The position numbers and the translations under genes are program-made. The notes beneath the pieces are model-generated. The model did no database searches. It worked only from the letters and a program-made list of their open reading frames with translations, and had not been told where the DNA came from. This document shows, piece by piece, positions 51,513 through 64,000 of a stretch of DNA of 64,000 bases (the first letter of the stretch is position 1; each line of letters begins with the position of its first letter). Origin of the DNA: Macrostomum lignano (lineage: Eukaryota); NCBI GenBank assembly GCA_002269645.1, contig NIVC01000708.1:310001-374000 (forward strand), written 5' to 3'.

Positions 51513-52029
51513 AGGTTGTGGATCAGAAGCTCTAACTTTCTATGCAGTTCATGCTGCAACACTGTCCTTCTCAATATCCTGCAGAAGTCGATCGGTGCTG
51601 AGACGCATCTAGCAAACTGTAATGAGAAATTCCCCCCCCCATATGTGAAAAAACTACCGATATGACAGACAGACAGAAAAGGTTGAGTTTGCGGGTCCAA
51701 CATAATCCCCACCCCCGCCTTATGCTTTGATGAGGAAGCAGTGTTAGGAGAAAAATCCATCTAAAACTTCAGCTCCATCCCCCTCAATCATTTAATTCGA
51801 CCCCCATTCAATTCCCCCATCATTTGCTCCCGTCTGCCATTGGCAGTGCAAACACTTGAGCCCCACAACACATTTTGGGAGAAAACTCCACGGCAGGATA
51901 AATTTGCGATTTTTAATGGGCGGGACTTGGGATCTGGTTTTTAATTGTTGTCTCACGCACTCCGCACGGGTGCGCTCTGAGTATCTTTGTGTGTTGAGCT
52001 GCGCGACTCACTGACTCACTGCTTACTCC

Positions 52030-54095
52030 TGCCATCCCCCGCTTCTTCAGTCCCCAATTCCCCCGCTTCTTCAGCTCCCCATTCCTCAGCTTCTTCAGCT
52101 CCCCATTCCCCCGCTTCTTCAGCCCCCATTCCCCCGCTTCTTCAGCTCCCCATTCCCCCGCTTCTTCAGCTCCCCATTCCCCCGCTTCTTCAGCTCCCCA
52201 TTCCCCCGCTTCTTCAGCTCCCCATTCCCCCGCTTCTTCAGCTCCCCATTCCTCAGCTTCTTCAGCTCCCCAATTCCCCCGCTTCTTCAATCACCCATTC
52301 CCCCGCTTCTTCAGTCCCCCATTCCCCCGCTTCTTCAGTCCCCCATTCCCTCGCTTCTTCAGTCCCGCATTCCCTCTTCAGTCCCCCATTCCCCCGTTTC
52401 TTCAATCACCCATTCCCCCGTTTCTTCTATCACCCATTACCCGCTTCTTCAGTCCCCCATTCCCCCGCTTCTTCAGTCACCCATTCCCCGCTTCTTCAGT
52501 CCCCCATTCCCTCTTCAGCCCCCCATTCCCCCGCTTCTTCAGCTCCCCATTCCTCAGCTTCTTCAGCTCCCCATTCCCCCGCTTCTTCAGTCCCCCATTC
52601 TCCCGCTTCTTCAGTCCCCCATTGCCCCGCTTCTTCAGTCACCCATTCCCTCTTCAGTCCCCCATTCCCTCTTCAGTCCCCCATTCCCCCGTTTCTTCAG
52701 TCCCCCACTCCCCCGTTTCTTCAGTCACCCATTCCCCCGCTTCTTCAGTCACCCATTCCCTCTTCAGTCCCCCATTCCCTCTTCAGTCCCCCATTCCCCC
52801 GTTTCTTCAGCTCCCCATTCCCCCGCTTCTTCAATCACCCATTCCCCCGCTTCTTCAGTCCCCATTCCCCGCTTCTTCAGTCCCCCATTCCCTCGCTTCT
52901 TCAGTCCCCCATTCCCTCTTCAGTCCCCCATTCCCCCGTTTCTTCAATCACCCATTCCCCCGTTTCTTCAATCACCCATTACCCGCTTCTTCAGTCCCCC
53001 ATTCCCCCGCTTCTTCAATCACCCATTCCCCCGTTTCTTCAATCACCCATTCCCCCGCTTCTTCAGTCCCCCATTCCCTCTTCAGTCCCCCATTCCCTCG
53101 TTTCTTCAGTCCCCCACTCCCCCGTTTCTTCAGTCACCCATTCCCCCGCTTCTTCAGTCACCCATTCCCTCTTCAGTCCCCCATTCCCTCTTCAGTCCCT
53201 CATTCCCCCGTTTCTTCAGCTCCCCATTCCCCCGCTTCTTCAGTCCCCCATTCCCCCGCTTCTTCAGTCCCCCATTGCCCCGCTTCTTCAGTCCCCCATT
53301 CCCTCTTCAGTCCCCCATTCCCTCTTCAGTCCCCCATTCCCCCGTTTCTTCAGTCCCCCACTCCCCGTTTCTTCAGTCACCCATTCCCCCGCTTCTTCAG
53401 TCCCCCATTCCCTCTTCAGTCCCCCATTCCCTCTTCAGTCCCCATTCCCCCGTTTCTTCAGTCCTCCATTCCCCCGTTTCTTCAGCTCCCCATTCCTCCG
53501 TTTCTTCAGTCCCCCATTCCTCCGCTTCTTCAGTCCCTCATTCCCCCGCTTCTTCAGTCCCCCATTCCCCCGCTTCTTCAGTCACCCATTCCCCCGCTTC
53601 TTCAGTCCCCCATTCCCTCTTCAGTCCCCCATTCCCCCGTTTCTTCAGTCCCCATTCCCCCGCTTCTTCAGTCCCCATTTCCCCGCTTCTTCAGTCCCCC
53701 ATTCCCTCTTCAGTCCCCCATTCCCCCGCTTCTTCAGTCCCCCATTCCCTCTTCAGTCCCCCACTCCCCCGTTTCTTCAGTCCCCATTCCCCCGCTTCTT
53801 CAGTCCCCCATTCCCCCGCTTCTTCAGTCCCCCATTCCCCCGCTTCTTCAGTCCCCCATTCCCCGTTTCTTCAGGGATTCCCCCGTTTCTTCAGTCCCCC
53901 ATTCCCCCGCTTCTTCAGCCGCCATTCTCCCGCCTCGTCAGCCGCCATTCCCCCGCTTCTTCAGCCGCCATTCCCCCGCCTCGTCAGCCGCCATTCCCCC
54001 GCTTCTTCAGCCGCCATTCCCCCGCCTTGTCAGCCGCCATTCCCCCGCCTCGTCAGCCGCCATTCCCCCGCCTCGTCAGCCGCCATTCCCCCGCT
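52030..54095. repeat. ~23-24-bp pyrimidine-rich minisatellite (TTCTTCAGTCCCCCATTCCCCCGC)n
   Basis: Direct tandem repeat; strongly G-rich on the minus strand; source of the Pro/Ser pseudo-ORFs. Confidence 0.95.
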
Positions 54096-54769
54096 TCAGA
54101 ATGGCACAGATGAACTTCAGCCGGCGGTTAGTGCAGCAGTCACACTGGGCAGCACTGTAGAACCAGAATGACAAGCAGCCTCTAGTTGGCAACCCATCCA
54201 ATCCATCCAATCTTATTCGTCACAGCAGCCGAGCGCTCTGTCCGGTGCTGTTGCTGCCAAGCAAGACAAAGCTCCCTTCTACCTGAAGCTGCTCCGACAT
54301 CGCTAACTAAAAGGCTGTTTGCTTAAGAAACACGAAAGCGAGCGCCCCCCCCAAAACTGGCAGTAATTAACCGTTTTTCTCGCGACACGACGCCGCCTCC
54401 CTCACAACCGAAATCCCCCATGCGAAATCCCCTCCATCCTCTCCCGCAGAAGATGCTCGATTTGAAAATTGCATAGGCGGTTTGCTCTGCTGCAGACCTG
54501 TTTCTGAAAACATTTGGACAGATCCGGGGATGGCTGGCTCCTCCTGGTCTCCATGGCCCCAATGGTGGGATCTGTGCCGCGAAAACAGCCGCGTCCTAAA
54601 AATGAAGCTTTTGGGCTTGGCAGAATCTGGTGTGTTCTGTCCGTATTTTCACTTCCGTTTTCTCGTGCGATGTTGGAAATCACTGAGATCCAGAAATAGG
54701 GATATAGGAGGGGATTTGGGATTTGAAGAATCTGGACCTATGATAGTATTGCATTGGGAATGTAGGGAT

Positions 54770-55320
54770 TAAGGATCTAGGGATAGGGAATAGGTATCTG
54801 AAGACTAGGGGTTAGGGTTTAGAGATTAGGGATCGATGGATTAGAGATCTAGGGATTAGGGATCTAGGGATTAGGGATTAGGGATTAATGACTGAGGGTT
54901 ATAGATTAGGGGCATATGGATTAAGGATTTATGGATAAAGGTCCAGGATAAGAATTCGGGATTAGGGATTAGGGATCTAGGGATTAGGGATTAAGGAATA
55001 AGGGTTGGGGATTAGGGACACATGGATTAAGGATCTATGGATAAGGGTTAGGGATAAGGATTAAGGATCTAGGGATTAGGGATTAGGGATTAAGAACTAA
55101 GTGTTGGGGATTAGGGACATATGGATTAAGTATCTATTGATAAGGGTTAGGGATAAGGATTAGGGATCTAGGGATTAGGGATCTAGGAATCCAAGGAGTA
55201 TGAAATGGGATTAGGGATTTAGATAACCTGAATCTAGGGATTAGGAAGCCAGTGATTGGGTATAGGGATCTTAGATTTGGGAATTGGGATCTGCAATTCG
55301 GACTCTAGGGATCTAGGGGG
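54770..55320. repeat. Degenerate 7-bp telomere-like repeat (TTAGGGA)n
   Basis: Runs of GGGATTAGGGATTAGGG mixed with GGGATCTA variants. Confidence 0.8.
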
Positions 55321-56294
55321 TTTCAAACCCATCTGCTTTTCTAACAACCCGAAGAACTTTCATAGCTCACCCGCTGTCAAAATTGCATAGAAACAGATGA
55401 GGCATCAGTCACGCATGCCAGCATCCAGACAAGACAGAGGCTGGCCCTATTAAAACACGCCTCACAAAAAAACGATTTAAATGTTTTTTGAACCGCAGAC
55501 GCCAGAACTTGCATTGTCCCGGCAAATCCGTGTTGAAGATAAAAAGTGAAGCGAGAGTGCTCTGAAGAGCTTGTGTGGGAGGCAAATTGTCAGCAAAGTT
55601 AAGCCGGAATCCGCGGGGATCTGCGTGACACAGTTGGAGCAGCAGCAGCAGCAGGCGGCCCCCGGTGTCAATTGATTGCGTAACATACCTGGCTGAGATA
55701 GAGAGAGGGCCTATTTGGCAAAAAAGCGATTCCCTGCCCCCGTGACGGGTTACGCAACGCATGGGAGGGTGCAGACTGTCACCCAAGCCCAGTCCCAGGT
55801 CTCCCCTCAACTGCTGGGAACGCGGTACGGTTTGTAAAGTAATCTTCAGTCTTGACAACTTGAATAAGGAGGGGCATCAACCTTGGCCCGGCTACGTACG
55901 AATTTTCCAGTAGTCCCTTAAACTTATTACGTCACTGAAATTTTAATTACAATTTCACTTTTTTACATTCCGACCGACCCGAATTTGTTGTGAATTTTTT
56001 ATAGAGATCTACTCATAGTAGCAGGCAGGGATGTGCGCTCGCGTGCGGTCTGGTTGGCTAGCGAAAGCTTGTCGCTCATTGGCTGGGGAGTTTCCCTGGC
56101 AAAGCCCCAAGCTTATATTGAGGATAAAAGCTCTGTGTAGAGAGAGCTGTTGGATATCGTAATTTTATACCCTGTGAACAGCTTTCCCAGGTCATCTTGT
56201 TCCGGTAACCGCGGGAACAACTGTTGGACTCTGGAGACCCATGCAACTGCTGCGACCCGGACACCTGGTGAGGTTTAAAATAGGATTTTATGCT

Positions 56295-56815
56295 TGAATC
56301 AATCTGATTCCCCACCCCCAATCTGATTCCCCATTCCCCCAATCTGATTCCCCATTCCCCATCTGATTCCCCACCCCCAATCTGATTCCCCATTCCCCCA
56401 ATCTGATTCCCAATTCTCCCAATCTGATTCCCCATTCCCCCAATCTGATTCCCCATTCCCCTAATCTGATGCCCCATTCCCCCAATCTGATTCCCCATTC
56501 CCCAATCTGATTCCCCATTCCCCAATCTGATTCCCCATTCCCCAATCTGATTCCCAATTCTCCCAATCTGATTCCCCATCCCCCAATCTGATTCCCAATT
56601 CTCCCAATCTGATTCCCCACTCTCCCAATCTGATTCCCCAATCCCCAATCTGATTCCCCATTCCCCAAATCTGATTCCCCATTCCCCAATCTGATTCCCC
56701 ATTCCCCTAATCTGATTCCCCATTCACCCAATCTGATTCCCCATTCCCCTAATCTGATTCCCCATTCCCTCAATCTGATTCCCCATTCCCTCAATCTGAT
56801 TTCCCCATCCCCCAA
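56295..56815. repeat. 20-21-bp minisatellite (CCCAATCTGATTCCCCATTC)n
   Basis: Direct tandem repeat between a donor at 56268 and an acceptor at ~56874-56878. Confidence 0.94.
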
Positions 56816-56896
56816 GCTGATTCTCCAAGTTCCAGAGCCCCAAATGCCATAAAAATCCCCATCTCCATTTCCAGCCAGCCAGCTCAACTTAATGCC

Positions 56897-64000
<7,104 letters not shown>

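Noticed and set aside
50753-54171. Long Ser/Pro/Glu/Arg-rich ORFs (up to 708 aa, mucin- or SR-like)
   Set aside because: Translations of GA-rich and 23-24-bp arrays, open in several frames, with no splice-site support.

Overview
Eukaryotic (metazoan) genomic DNA with GC-rich exons separated by introns that are mostly filled with minisatellites. This architecture resembles the flatworm Macrostomum (inference, not verified). Most ORFs in the six-frame track are artefacts of tandem repeats or antisense frames. Gene models were rebuilt by hand from splice sites and reading-frame continuity. (1) A two-exon frameshifted gene remnant at 2959-4292 (+). (2) A complete 10-exon MCM3 at 5080-18532 (+, 829 aa), whose first intron holds four non-autonomous DNA transposons with intact TSDs. 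(3) A complete 11-exon Patched-family gene at 22316-38401 (-, 1366 aa). Its ectodomain signatures are conserved, but it has lost all three membrane-embedded acidic residues (TM4 DD to FY, TM10 E to M). It keeps a PPxY tail and has a perfect Gli site in intron 2, so it is a candidate transport-dead Hedgehog decoy. (4) An apparently intact autonomous Helitron (-, 9 exons, 1621-aa STPR-Zn-Rep-Pif1 ORF, one GC-AG intron inside the HUH motif) just upstream of ptc, head-to-head with a short Helitron-like element. (5) The start of a signal-peptide/Ig-domain gene (56897 to beyond 64000, +), with a 4x50-bp array carrying 12 STAT-type TTCN3GAA sites in its intron. No rRNA, tRNA or CRISPR array is supported.
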